Made by a program: the position numbers and the translations under genes | Shown here: piece after piece, positions 1 through 13,514 of the stretch | How the letters are laid out: each line of letters opens with the position of its first letter | Position numbering within the stretch: position 1 is the first letter of the stretch | DNA from: Octopus vulgaris | Lineage: Eukaryota | NCBI GenBank assembly: GCA_951406725.2 | Contig: OX597823.1 | Location: forward strand, 90,148,001 to 90,212,000 | Length of the DNA: 64,000 nucleotides | Direction of reading: 5' to 3' | The notes under the pieces: generated by a model | What the model was told of the DNA's origin: nothing | What the model saw: the letters and a program-made list of their open reading frames with translations, nothing else | Databases searched by the model: none

Positions 1-356
1 TATATATACATTCATCATCATCATCATTTAACGTCTGTTTTCCATGCTTGCATGGGTTGGACGGTTCGACTGGGGTCTGGGAAGCCAGGAGGCTGCACCA
101 GGCTCCACTTTAATCTGGCAGTGTTTCTACAGCTGGATTATCTTCCTAACGCCAACCACTTTGTGAGTGTAGTGGGTGCTTTTTACGTGCCACCGGCACA
201 GGGGCCAGATGAGGCTAATATATTACAATATTGTATGGTAAGATGACAGGATAACACCATTTGTAGGAGAGGTTAGGAAGGGGAAATAAAAGTAGATTAA
301 AATAAAACAAAATAAAGTTAAAAAGTAGTCTGTTTACTTATTTATCAACCTGTCTA

Positions 357-1614
357 TCAGGTCATTAAGAATGAATTGTCCGATTTTCTTAAGCACCAAG
401 TTTGACAGTCATTAACTCTAATGTTTTATGCTGACAATTCTTTGTTTTACAACATTGAGGGGTTCCATCATCACTTTTTGAAATTCAATTCATGGTATCT
501 CATTATATTGTGAGTTTTCTCTTGTAAATCAGTTTTTGTGAACCCATGGATAGATCAAAAATTTGTGTTATGAATATGAGTTCCATCATGGAACCAATGC
601 ATCCCAGACAGCTCGAAACATCAATGGGATGTTTGGTGAAGATGTGGCAAATAAGTACACTGTACATCAATGGTTTGGGAAGTGCCAGTCTGGTGACTTT
701 ACTCTTGAAAATCAGCCCTGTGGTAGACCTGAGACCAAGGCGGAAAATGAGGAGCTGGAAACTTCAGTGGAAGCAGATACATGTCAAACTACACATGAGT
801 TAGCAGCAAGGTTTGATGTTTTAATTCCAACTGTATTGGACCATCTGAAACAAATCAGCAAGGTAAAGAATCTGGACAAGTGGATACCACACAAACTGAA
901 TGAGCCTCAAATCACACATCATTTTGAAACTTGCTGTTCTTTGTTGTCGTGGCATAAAAGTGAACCATTTTTGCATTGTATTGTTATGTGTGATAAAAAA
1001 TGGATTCTTTTCAACAATAGCAAGTATTCTGCATGGTGGTTGGATAGAGATTAAGTGCCAAAACACAATCCAAAAAAGAATATTCACCAAAAAGGCTAAT
1101 AGTGTCCGTTTGGTGGTCCAGCACTGGTGTCATCCACTACAGTTTCATAGGACCAGATAAGTCAGTTACAGTGGATGTATACATCAACGAATTGGATGAA
1201 ATGATGAGTAAACTTGCAATTAAACAACTAAGATTGGTCAATAGAGACAGGCCAGTTCTTTTGCAAGACAATGCTCGACCATGTTTCACAAAGAATGCTG
1301 CTCAAGTTACAGGAACTGAACTTGGAAGTACTCTGCCATCCACCATATTCACCAGCTGACTATCACGGATTCCAGGTATTAGACAACTTTTTGCAATGAA
1401 AAATCTTAAGAAGATGCAAAAACAGTCTTTCGTGATATCATCACCTCTTGCTCTCCAGAATTCTTCACTGCTGCCATAAATAAGCTACCAATAAAATGGC
1501 AAAATTGTGTTGATGATTCAGGAGCATACTTTGATTAACTGCATTGCTTTTTGTTGAGATAAAGTAAAATGAAGTTTCAGTTCAAAATCGGACACTTCAT
1601 TCTTAATGACCTGA
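357..1614 (+). mobile_element. Full-length, inactivated mariner (Tc1/mariner) DNA transposon
   Basis: ~31-bp TIRs TCAGGTCATTAAGAATGAA(T/G)TGTCCGATTTT at 357 and ending 1614, with 1 mismatch. TA duplication at 355-356 and 1615-1616. Element is 1258 bp and encloses transposase ORF pieces. Confidence 0.93.
546..1540 (+). pseudogene. Mariner transposase pseudogene (SETMAR-type transposase domain)
   Basis: ORFs 563-1054 and 1102-1359 show an HTH region, WIPHKL (WVPHEL motif), 'IVMCDKKWI', 'LLQDNARP' and a truncated HPPYSP.. motif. Broken by stops and frameshifts. Confidence 0.9.
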
Positions 1615-2792
1615 TATTTTTATATCTATAAACCTTTTATATATTCTTAATCTCTTACATCCATGAACCTTTAAAACTTTTACATCAATAAATCTATAAT
1701 GGAAAATTAAACCCTCTCACACTTCCTTATGTTTCTTTTTACTTTGTTTTATCCTGTTTTATTTCATTTTTATTTCTTTTATCTCATCTTCCTCCTTTAC
1801 CTTCCTAATCTCTTCTACAAATGGAATTAGCCTTTCATCTTACTATACTTTTATTCTTGTCTGAGATACACCAACACATTTTATAACAATATTGGTACAA
1901 AAGCCTCATTCGTATAGTATCGTTTGCTTCCAGTTACCTAAATCAATATGTCCAGACTGTTTGTTGTTCCATAGAGTGGGAGGTTATTACCTTTCTTGGA
2001 AACCAGAAGAGGATGACAACAGGAAGGGCATATGGCAGTAAAAATCTCTTCCTCAACATATTACTTGTTGTTACTGTTATTTACAGTATTTCCTGTTTTT
2101 ATTTGGGAGATGAGGGTTATTAGTCAGGCATGTCATTGTGTTGTTTGTATAGAAAATCGTTTCTCTTGTCCTTTGATGTTGACAAAAGGTGTAAAGGTCG
2201 TTGGTCTGTATGTTTCTCTCTCAGTGTTGTGTTACAAGCAATTTGATTAGTATATAGAAAATATTTTCAGGTAAGCAGGGAAAAGTAGACACTGAAACAG
2301 TTATGATGATGTACAAATGTCATAAACTTGGAGGGAGTGTGTAACCAATTACATTATTCCCCAGTGCATGACTGGTATTTAAGTTTACATTGCATAAGAG
2401 ATGAAATTTGTAATGTCACAGAATGGCAAAGCATGTTAAACCTGAGATTTATGAATTAATGCATGTCATTCAGCACTGTATGTTAATAGAGAAAATATAT
2501 ATTTACATGCACACACATATACATTCAGGGATATTTTCATTCATAAAATATATGAAGATGCTCACAAATCAAGCAACTTTTTACTGTTCAGTGTTCTACA
2601 AATGATGGAGGAACTGCAAAAAGGAGATTATATTATATTATATTTTATATATATATATATGAAAAAATAAGTTTGAAAAAGAACAATTCAAACTTTCTGA
2701 AAGGTCCAAAAAGAGAGAAAGAATGATTTCTAATAAAGATTCATTTTTCTATAATTGTTTATGATATATTTATATCTGTAACGATATTTTTC

Positions 2793-2841
<49 letters not shown>

Positions 2842-3084
2842 GGATAATTCAATTATCCTTTGTTTACCGTTAACATGGAAAGTTCAATAAACAGTTACCA
2901 GGGTAGCAAAATTCACGCAAGTAACAAGGATGTAGCGACCTATTCAAAGGTAGAAACTCCGGGTTAATGTGCAGTAATTTGTATAGTATAAGTAAATAAA
3001 TGGAGTTGAACGCATATGTTATTCAAATTTGAATAGCATCTGCATTCAACTCCATTTATTTACATATATATATATATATATATA

Positions 3085-3365
3085 TATTAAATTAAGAGAT
3101 AAAACCACTATTAGGCAAATATAATTTAAATATTAATTTAAATAATTTTTAAAAATTTTAACTTTAATTTAAATATTTTAATTATTTTTTATATATTTTT
3201 AATTAATTTTATTTCTATGCATTGGCTTATGATTTTCACTGTTTGATTTGCCTAATAGTGGTTTTATCTCTAATTTAATATAATATATATTTATACTATA
3301 AAATTAGATTTAATCCTAAATCTAATTTTTCCCTGCAAGTTTGGATTTACTCCCTAATATTATTA
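3085..3365. repeat. Dispersed AT-rich repeat (..AGAGATAAAACCACTATTAGGCAAAT.. / ..TTTGGATTTA(C/T)TCCCTAATATT..) embedded in (TA)n
   Basis: Internally inverted here. Copies at ~12065-12145, 23532-23700 and 34985-35345. Confidence 0.7.
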
Positions 3366-3377
3366 TATACATATATA

Positions 3378-3413
<36 letters not shown>

Positions 3414-3822
3414 CACATACACACACACAATATACATACATACACAGTATAAATGCAATGAACAAAAAAAAAGAAGACAACACAGGTAGGGTAAGGTATT
3501 AGCTTAATGTTTTAATGGGAAGAGAAAGTGTCAATGTTTCAGGCATTAGTCCTTCATCAGGAGAAAATCAAAAGCATAGAGTGAGTGATGAAGGGAAACA
3601 GCTAGTAAGAGAGAAAATATATATATAAACAGAAAAATGGTTTGGAAACAGGTGGCAATGAAGTTCTAGGGGGAGGAGAGAGAGAGCAGGTGTGTATGTG
3701 CTGGTATAGGTGTGTCTCTGTGCCTGGAACTATAGTAGCATAGGTTAGTGGGGATGTATGTGTTTTATGTGTGTGTGTGTATATTATATGTATGTATATA
3801 TGTGTGTGCGTATATATATGTG

Positions 3823-3863
<41 letters not shown>

Positions 3864-4027
3864 TATATATATGTATATATGTGTGTGTGTGTGTATATAT
3901 ATGTATGTATATATGTGTGTGTGTATATTATATGTTTGTATATATGTGTGTGTAAATATTATATATGTATATATAATATATACATATGTATGTTTGTGTA
4001 TGTATGTGTATATATATATATGTATGC

Positions 4028-4070
<43 letters not shown>

Positions 4071-5679
4071 TGTGTATGCATGTGTATATATATATGCATA
4101 TATGTATGCATGTATATATGTATATATATATATTATGTGTGTGTGTGTGTATACACACACACACATACACACAGCTAATATAGATATTTTTCAAAAAGAT
4201 CTAAGCAATGCAGGTGAGATGTTAAGCGAAATATGTGAGGTGATGCCAACAAATAAAGACAAGAAAGTATCATATCACCTTGCATAGGTTGTTTATAAGG
4301 TTTCTCTTGTACTTCAGGAAAATTTCCCCTTATCAAATACATCAGAATGGCCTGCCAATAATGATAATTTTTCTCTGAACTCTTGGATTATTTTGTATCA
4401 TATATTTGATAAGGGGAAGCTTTTCCGAAATATTATAGAAGCATTAGACAGCCTCTATACGGTGATAAAATATCTTGCCTTGATGTTATTGGCATCACTT
4501 TACATATTTTACCCAAATTTTCTTACTTGCATTGCTTAAAGGTCTTTTTAAAAAGTATATCAGTTGCATGTACTGGTTCCAAGCTTTGGTACAAAGCTAG
4601 CAATCTTACATCGATTCCAGTATTCAACTAGCATTTATTTTCTCAATCCCCAAAAGATGAAAGGCTAAGTCAACCTTGGTGGAATTTGAACTTGAAATGT
4701 AAAGATGGATGAAATGCTGCTAGGCATTACTGCCTGGTGCAAGCCAAAAGTCCCTTGACAGTAAATCAAAACCATTTAATTCCAATGTTTAACAACTGGA
4801 TGAATTTAATAAAAGCCTCTAAATATGAAACATCATGGAAATTGTTCAAACTGAAGTCCTTCTTAAGCGATACCATTTTTCCAAATGAATAAATAAAACT
4901 GAATATTAGGTACTTATGGAATTTTGATTTACTGTTGGGTGACTTTTGGCCAACCCTGTATTACAATATTACATATATTACATTATTCTTTTCTATATAT
5001 ATATATAATGTGTGTGAGCGTGTGTGACCGAGTCTATAGGAAAAATACAATTCCAGAAGGTAATATTCCGGAATGTTAGACAATCATCAACAAAATGTCA
5101 AAAACCAATTTGTAACAAGCTGAGTGGGGAACACCAGCAAAACATTCTTAAAACAGAATCAATACAAATTGGAGTCAATCACAAGGGACGGAAGTTGGTT
5201 GTATGAAAAACAACCAATCAATTCAAGAATGGAACTTGATAAATATTAATAGAAAAAAAATTTCTGAAATTCCAAAACACCATTTGAATAACATTTGCAG
5301 GGTTCATTACGAAAAAAACCCACAATATTTACAAGGCTTTCATTTTTGCCTCTCAGCTGTGACAAACAAAGAAAAAAAATGAAGAAAACAAAACAAAAAC
5401 AATGCTTTAATAGTGGAGGGAATACAGAACGTTTTGGTAGAGTTTTGGGTGTGGTGGGCATATCTAGAAGCTATTAGTTCAATGTGTGTGTGGTTTCCAC
5501 TCATCTCCAATGAATTCGGAGACATTGGTGAAAATATAAATTGTATGTGTATATATCTGGCTCTATTTCAAAGCCTTTATATGGTCTGCATAGCGACCAA
5601 AATTCCATCACGTCCTTCCTTGCTGCATTTAAAAACAGGAAGGACGCACACTGCATCTGTTCAAATGTGTGTGTGTATG

Positions 5680-5716
<37 letters not shown>

Positions 5717-6606
5717 ATACATGTATGCACACATACACATAGTGTATGTGTGCAGAGCCTGTGAGAGAAATTTTGTAATGTGGAATGAGGTTGTTTACAA
5801 GCCTCACTTGGGAAGTGGGTAGGGGACCTCTTACTCCTCCTCCTTCAAAAAAAAAAATGCATGTGGTTCCTTTTTGGATCTCTGGGTCTTTGGGACTTGG
5901 ACAGGAATAATATACCTTATAGTCCCTGCATATACATATATAATTAGGATAAAATCTTTATTTAATGATTTATCAGTGGTCAGTACACTAAAATACCATG
6001 ATGGTTAATTTATATTAAAATTATAACAAGGGGGTTGAATGAGTACAATACCAGTCTGCTAGAAATAGACATACATTTGGTATGTTGCCACTGATGATTG
6101 GAAAGGGGTTTTGATAATTCAAACCGTGAAATCAATAGATATGGTACTATCCAAATTATTTTATAAATCCTTGCTGTCCATTCCCCTTGCTTACAACCTT
6201 GTGTAGTGGAGTAATAATCTAAGTGGTTCCTTGACCATTTGGGGTCTATTTCTAGCAGACTGGTGTTGTAATCATTCAACACCCTTATAACTTTTAATAC
6301 TCTTTCCGTTGGATTGCGTGTTTATTTCCATTTTTGCCATGTGTGATTTTATTTTTGATCTATATAAATGAAGATATTTCCTCCGTCTGACTGCTTTTCT
6401 TTCTGCAAAATGGGAAGTTACATTGCGGAACAGTTATTTTAATGAGTTGTATTTATTTATCACCTAACGAGATACATCTGCACCACTGGATGCTCCTGAA
6501 CCAGTTGTTGAGTGTCCAACCCAAGAGGAATCGATACTAGATGTGTCGAAACAATTGTTGTGATTAACAATAAATTCTCATATATTCCACCTTCTGTCTT
6601 TCATTT

Positions 6607-6722
<116 letters not shown>

Positions 6723-6759
6723 CATATAAATATATATATACATATAAATATATATATAC

Positions 6760-6790
<31 letters not shown>

Positions 6791-6796
6791 CATATT

Positions 6797-7009
6797 ACTC
6801 TTTTTTTACTCTTTTACTTGTTTCAGTCATTTGACTGCGGCCATGCTGGAGCACTGCCTTTAGTCGAGCAAATCGACCCCGGGACTTATTCTTTGTAAGC
6901 CTAGTACTTATTCTATCGGTCTCTTTTGCCGAACCGCTAAGTGACGGGGACGTAAACACACCAGCATCGGTTGTCAAGCAATGCTAGGGGGACAAACACA
7001 AACACACAA

Positions 7010-7058
<49 letters not shown>

Positions 7059-7215
7059 CATATATACGACAGGCTTCTTTCAGTTTCCGTCTACCAAATC
7101 CACTCACAAGGCATTGGTCGGCCCGGGGCTATAGTAGAAGACACTTGCCCAAGATGCCACGCAGTGGGACTGAACCCGGAACCATGTGGTTGGTTAGCAA
7201 GCTACTTACCACACA
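6797..7215 (-). mobile_element. Family A SINE
   Basis: Reverse-complement match to 42740-43157. Confidence 0.88.
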
Positions 7216-8039
7216 ATACATACACAGATTAATAGATAAATAGATGGAGTGGTCAGGACTGGAATGCCGTTGATCATAGTTTGGCTTCTTCATAGTTCTT
7301 TAAACTGCAAGAAATAGCAGACATCTCTCTCAAATCACAACCTAGTATCTGAAGTAAAGTAGAACATGTTAACTAATGTTCTTGATACACTAAGGATGAA
7401 AAAAAGGCAGAATAGTCAGGTCTGCAATCATCATCATCATCGTCAACTTTTAATTACAGTCTTCCATGCTGACATGGGTCGGATGATTTGACAGGATCTG
7501 ATGAACCCTGTTTTGGCAAGATTTCTATGGCCGGATGCTCTTCATAATGCCAACAACTTTACATAGTATACTGGGTTGTGCATTGTTCATGGCACCAGCA
7601 CTTGTGAGGTCACCATGAAGCCCACAAGACAAAGATTCCCTTTGACAGAGTTGGGCAACAGTAGAGAGGGAGGCAGCTTTTATGCTAGGAGGCAAGAGGT
7701 TAAGGTATGAAAAAAAAATGGGGCCAAGACAGTGGTATAGAGGAGCTAGATAGTTACTTGCATAATAGAAGAGTGGTTGTAATACACATAATAATAGGAA
7801 TAGGAGACCAGGCCTTTTCAGAGAGAGAGGATTGAGTGCTGACTAAGCAACAACTACAAAAGAAACAACAAAAAATGCTTCAGTAATGTAATAAGCACAC
7901 AGTAATCTCATAATCAAAATAATCTGTTAATTATTTCATATTATCTGGAATGGAATAATTAGCTTTGTTATCAATTCATTAGGACACAAATTATATTCAA
8001 CCTTAATTTTGTCACTCCTTAGCAACAGATTTCAACTTT

Positions 8040-8407
8040 TTAACTCCTTTGATACTAAACCCACCAAAGAATGCCTCTGATTTTACCATTCAAACTTCCT
8101 GCTTTTAAAATGATCTAAAAATAAAACCTTCCATCAGAATTCCAGGTTAATTTATGTTCCAAACACCAGATTGACCCTTTTAATACCAGCACACCTGAGA
8201 TAGCCCCTGGTTTTAAAATACAAATCTCTTGTACTGAAGTAATCTAAATTAAAACCATCCATCAAAATACCATATTAATTTATGTTCCAAATATCAGATT
8301 AAGAATGACAAAAGTTGTTTTACTAAATTCTTCATTTTTTGAAAATCAATTAATACAAAGTCAGTGCTATTTTGTTACCATACAGAAATATGGTAACAAA
8401 AGGGTTA
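8040..8407. mobile_element. piggyBac-like (TTAA/CCCTTT..AAAGGG) MITE with duplicated 5' part
   Basis: Two ~130-bp similar starts (8040 and 8171) and end GGTAACAAAAGGGTTA. Related pieces at 17100-17450 and 17557-17645. Confidence 0.5.
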
Positions 8408-10278
8408 CTCTTCCCTGAACATTACAGAAGATATTAGTCATTATAATCACCCATAGAAGAGAGAAAGAGATGCAGGTCCCTTGATAGGTTTTGAACTACA
8501 AATCTATCACTTTGTAGGTGACTGTGTTACAAAGAATCTAACATTATATTATTTGAAATTAAGATAAATTATTTCAACAAGATTAATTTATCTCTGCAAA
8601 ATAATTCAGTCATTTTGTTATTTGTCTCTAGCATGATAAGATACTTTATATATCCTCAACATAGTGAGGCATCTTAATTCGATGTCTGCATTAAAATCCT
8701 AACTGTTAATTCATCATAAAAATTTCTTAGAAATCAACCAGGGTCTTAAAGCTTCAGTATAATCTGACAGATTTACTGTTACTGCCTGTGTACACATACA
8801 TCAAATGTATGTGTATGCATGCATATATGTATATTTTGGAGTTTGCCACACACATCGAAGTATATACATTATCTATGTGACTATATTTCATGGTATGTGC
8901 CATACACATGAAATGTTTAGTGTTATAAATAAACATTGAAGATAATTATGGATATGTACTTGCATAGCAAGTAACCTGAAGATAATTGAAGGTAATTGTT
9001 TCACTTAATATTTGAACACAATAAACATGACATAATTACGACTATAAATGATCTTGACATTTTGACAATCTACAAATATAAATAATCCAGCCAAGCTGTT
9101 ACTACTCACTTTTGACTGTTATAATTTAACCCCAAATCAGGCCTGATTTTGTAAGCCTAATGATCAAAGCTTATTCTAGCCATCACATCAAGATCTTTTC
9201 AGACAGTGTATTCTGGATTACTTTATCCGCTGCATCCTTTCTTTTTCAGGACAATAAGTATGTGATTTGTGTGAGATTGATTACGCTTTCTGATAGGCCT
9301 GATGAACATATAGAGGCTACATTGCTACATTGCTACATTGCAACATTGGATTTTGGGTTGTGTTCCCTGTAGCTTTTACCACACAAGAAATTCTACAAGA
9401 GTACAACTTGGCAAAGCACGGGGTACCATACTATAGCAGTAACATGATTTTGAGCTGTAAGATAGCACCATTTAGCCAGTTTAGAAAAGCTGCTTCATTC
9501 ATAATTTTAGTTTTAGGGTCAACCATTATTTCTAAATGAATCTTTACATTTTTATGCAGTATTTATTTCAAACATTGTTTAAAGGTATTGTATGTCTGAC
9601 GTTCGTTATTTAGTATAATGTTCAAAACATTATGTTTCATTACCCTTATTTAATAATGACTGCCCTACTAATATCAGAATTAATAGCGGCAAATTAGATT
9701 TACAGAGTTCTGGAGGCTATAGAATATCATGTTATTTTGAATTTAGATGCAACAACAAGGACAAAATGTTACCATGATGTTTAGAAAGCGAAGAACATTT
9801 ACAGTGCTGTCTGATATGTTATAAAAAAATATTTAATGATTAAGATGAAAATAGATTTGATTTCAGAGGATGCAATATAAAAAGCTGAATCTGATGTAAA
9901 ACCTGAGAACTTTAGAAATTTGCAACTACATCATACATCTGTCAGCACAAGGGCTTAGTGGAAGCGGCCATATTGTAGATTAGTAACATTAGCTGCCTGC
10001 ATAACGAACAAACAATTTATATAAAACATTTAGAGGAGGCTGTATATAATAAATAACTTATGGCAAGGATGACTGAATATAACATATGTATGTGTATATA
10101 TGAAAAGAAATGCATAAAAGAGATGCATCAGTGAAGCATTATGAGGATAAGAATATAGGATACAAGATAAACTCAATGTGAAAGCTGTTGCGGATAACCA
10201 TGATGATATCTACTGTACAGTAATATATACATATACATATATATATATGTCTGTGTTTGTATAAAAGATGGCGAAATT

Positions 10279-11316
10279 TTACCAGTTTTCAAACCTTCTA
10301 GAAATCATTTTAAAAAACATTTCATTATGCGGCCGAAAAAATTTCCGTAGTTTTGTTTTTACATAGTCCTGCACTTTAACATGTTGCCGTCCTTTAGAGT
10401 CTGGTAAACATCGATTAATGAATCCTTTTATGCAGTAAAATTTCTTATCAGGGTCAAAGTAATAGTCCTTTTCTGATATTTTGTGCTCTAAGTGGAGGAA
10501 TTTTTCAATTTCAACAATTTCCTGAAATGGATTACGTCGAAAATTATCTCCGTCGACAATATGAATTTGTGAAAGATTAAAGTATTTCAGCCAGTTGGCC
10601 ATATGTTTGTCATACAGAGAACGTTCTGTGGCAGCAAATGATGGGTTTACCATTTTTGTGGCTGGGTCAATTGCAAGTTCTTCAAATGTTGGGTATGAAG
10701 AATTTCTGACTAATTTACCCCAAATCTGGGTGTAATCAGAAATAGTTCTCTCAACAGGCTCACGTACAATCAAAAGCAGTTTAATGGATTGGTTCATTTT
10801 TTTCACAGATTCTGGGACATGTTTTTTTACAAAATAAGCAGGGGTTTTCTCGATGGTTATCTGATTTGGGAAAGAATACGGCATGCGTTTCCTGTACCAA
10901 TTAAGGCCACGCTTGTAATTATTATCAAAGAAATGAACTTCTGTTGAAGCAATAGCAATGTTGGGATGAATGTCCAGAAAATGAATGAGAGCCCCAGTAC
11001 CTCCTTTGCGAACTCCGATAATAATGCACTGAGGGAGATACCTGCTCGTGTGGGGATAACGATGAAATCTGTGGCGGATCTTGGGACGAATGCTGTAGTC
11101 TTCATGCTTAATTTCTTCCAATTTGGGCAAAGTTTTGAGTTCTGTTCTAAAGTTGAATAAGTAACTGTTGGCAAAGAACGTCTGAGCGCATGTAAAAATG
11201 ATTAAACCAACAGCACAAATGGTAAAAATGATGAGAGTCAGTTTCTTGTATTGATTAATGTAAAATTGATTGGTCATCAATACGAATATATTGGTTGCCG
11301 TGGTTTTGCAACTCAT
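10279..11316 (-). CDS. HS3ST: Heparan sulfate glucosamine 3-O-sulfotransferase (HS3ST1/HS3ST5-like), 345 aa, single coding exon
   Basis: N-terminal type II TM segment. 5'-PSB loop IIIGVRKGGT, EVHFFD, EKTPAYF, 3'-PB VREPVERTISDYTQ, and C-terminal FYC..RCL..SKGR.H. Polypyrimidine/CAG splice acceptor 24 nt upstream of the ATG. Exact paralog number is not assignable by eye. Confidence 0.95.
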   Translation of the reverse strand: MSCKTTATNIFVLMTNQFYINQYKKLTLIIFTICAVGLIIFTCAQTFFANSYLFNFRTELKTLPKLEEIKHEDYSIRPKIRHRFHRYPHTSRYLPQCIIIGVRKGGTGALIHFLDIHPNIAIASTEVHFFDNNYKRGLNWYRKRMPYSFPNQITIEKTPAYFVKKHVPESVKKMNQSIKLLLIVREPVERTISDYTQIWGKLVRNSSYPTFEELAIDPATKMVNPSFAATERSLYDKHMANWLKYFNLSQIHIVDGDNFRRNPFQEIVEIEKFLHLEHKISEKDYYFDPDKKFYCIKGFINRCLPDSKGRQHVKVQDYVKTKLRKFFRPHNEMFFKMISRRFENW

Positions 11317-11340
11317 GGTACAAGAACAATATCAGCATAG

Positions 11341-11372
11341 CTGAAAAAGAAAATAAGAAAAGAGAAAGATTA
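11341..11372 (-). promoter_or_regulatory. Splice acceptor of the HS3ST coding exon (exon begins at 11340)
   Basis: Minus strand reads atctttctcttttcttattttctttttcag|ctatgctg. Confidence 0.8.
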
Positions 11373-11457
11373 AAGAGAGAAGAAAAAGAAGTCATGGATT
11401 ACAATCAGTTAAAAATGGTTAGAATTAAAGGAGGTTTTTAAAATTTCCTAATAGCCA

Positions 11458-11622
11458 GGCACAGGTGTGACTGTGTGGTAAAAAAATTTGCTCTCCAACC
11501 ACATGGTTGAGGGTTCAGTCCCACTCTGTAGCACCTGGGCTAAGTGCATTCTACTGTAGCCTTGGGCCAACCAAAACCTTGTGAGTGGATTTGGTAGATA
11601 GAAACTGAAAGCCCAATGTATA

Positions 11623-11658
<36 letters not shown>

Positions 11659-12040
11659 GGCACAGGAGTGGCTGTGTAGTAAGTAGCTTGCTTACCAACC
11701 ACATGGTTCCAGGTTCAGTCCCACTGCAAAGCACTTTGGGCAAGTATCTTCTATAGCCTCGGGCCAACCAAAGCCTTGTGAGTGGATTTTGTAGACGGAA
11801 ACTGAAAGAAGCTGATCATATATGTATGTATGTATGTGTGTGTGTGTGTTTGTTATTTGTGTCTGTGTTTGTCCTCCCACAATCGCTTAACAACCGATGC
11901 TGGTGTGTTTATGCCCCCTGTAACTTAGTGGTTTGGCAAAAGTGACCAATAATTACTAGGTTAACAAAGAATAAGTCCTGGGGTCGATTTGTTCGACTAA
12001 AGGTGATGCTCCAGCATGGCCACAGTCAAATGACAAAAAG
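11458..12040 (+). mobile_element. Family A SINE: 5' half followed by a full copy (tandem)
   Basis: Two heads at ~11458 and ~11658, one tail. Confidence 0.85.
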
Positions 12041-12146
12041 AATATATATATATATATATAATAATTTTAGGGAGTAAGTTTGGATTTACTCAAAATTCAC
12101 TGTTTGATTTGCCTAAAGGTGGTTTTATCTCTAATTTAATTTAATT

Positions 12147-12189
<43 letters not shown>

Positions 12190-13479
12190 TATATATATAC
12201 ACACATACGTACATTTATTAAAACTGAAAAATCTCCACAGATTGTTACTTAGAAGTTCATAACAACTGCCTGGAGTTTTGTGATGATTTTCCAGCTTTAA
12301 TAAAAAAGCATATTACTCTACCGTCAGTATTTGAGTACTATTTTTTCTACCTTCTTTCACATTTATGTGCTTACTCATGTGTGTATAAATATAGTGTGTG
12401 TGTATGTGTGCGTGTATAAATATAGCATGTGTATATAAATATAGTGTGTGTGTGTATACATATAGTGTGTGTGTGTGTGTATGTGTGCGAGTATAAATAT
12501 AGCATGTGTATATAAATATAGTGTGTGTGTGTGTATACATATAGTGCATGTGTATAAATATAGTGTGTGAGTATGTATAGTGTTTGTGTACAAATATAGT
12601 ATGTGTGTATAAATACAGAGTGTGTGTGTTTGTATATACTGTGTGTGTGTGTGTGGAAATATTGTGTGTGTGTGTGTATGTGTAAATATAGTGTGTGTGT
12701 GTGTGTGTGTGTGTGTGTATTTGTCCCCTGTGACTGTGTGACAACCAGTATTGGTGTGTTTACGTCCCTGTAACTTAACAGTTCAGCAAAAGAGACCAAC
12801 AGAGAATTAATAGTAGGCTTAAAAAAGAAGTACTGATATGTTTGATTAAAATTCTTCAAGGCAGTGGTGCCCCAGCATGGCCACAATCTAATGACTGAAA
12901 CAAGTAAAAGAAGACAAAAAGAAAAGAATAACAGTAAATTGATGGTGGTAACCGCGACGAAGATGGTGATGATGATACTGATGGTGGTAATGGTGGTGGA
13001 GATGGTGGTGGTGCCGCAGCTGACGACCGCAATAGTGATGATGGTGGTGGAAGTGATGATGATAATACAGAAAAAAGTTGTAACGATGAGTGTGATGATG
13101 ATGTTGATATTGATGATGGGAGTGGTTGTGATGATAGTGATGGAAACGATGATAGGAAGGTGGCCATGGCAACGATAATGATAACGATGATAGCAATTGT
13201 AATTATAAAATATTTATAGTCTTCATTTCGAGTAATTGCGCAATTTACCAATTTTTAAGAATTGGTTTAAAAGTATTCTTGTTTCAAAGCATATCAAGAA
13301 CATATCACATTGCCATTGGAAAATATTATTCTGAATGTCGGCACAAGTGCAGCTGTGGTGGTGAAGAAGTTAGTTCACTCCCTAGCCATGCTGTTTCGGG
13401 TCCCTGGGGCAAGTGTCTTCTAGTGTATATATGTATATATATGTAATTATGTGTAAACATGTATATGTACATGTGTGGG

Positions 13480-13514
<35 letters not shown>

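Noticed and set aside
563-1359. SETMAR or domesticated transposase gene
   Set aside because: No SET domain, the ORF is broken by stops and frameshifts, and it is bounded by TIRs and a TA duplication.
3748-4287. 179-aa and overlapping ORFs rich in Y/I/C/V/H/T (also 12313-12886, 47241-47575, 57454-57848 and many more)
   Set aside because: These are translations of (TA)n/(TG)n/(CA)n microsatellites that lack stop codons by composition.
10857-11174. Alternative-frame and antisense ORFs inside HS3ST
   Set aside because: Short shadow ORFs of a real CDS with no recognisable motif.
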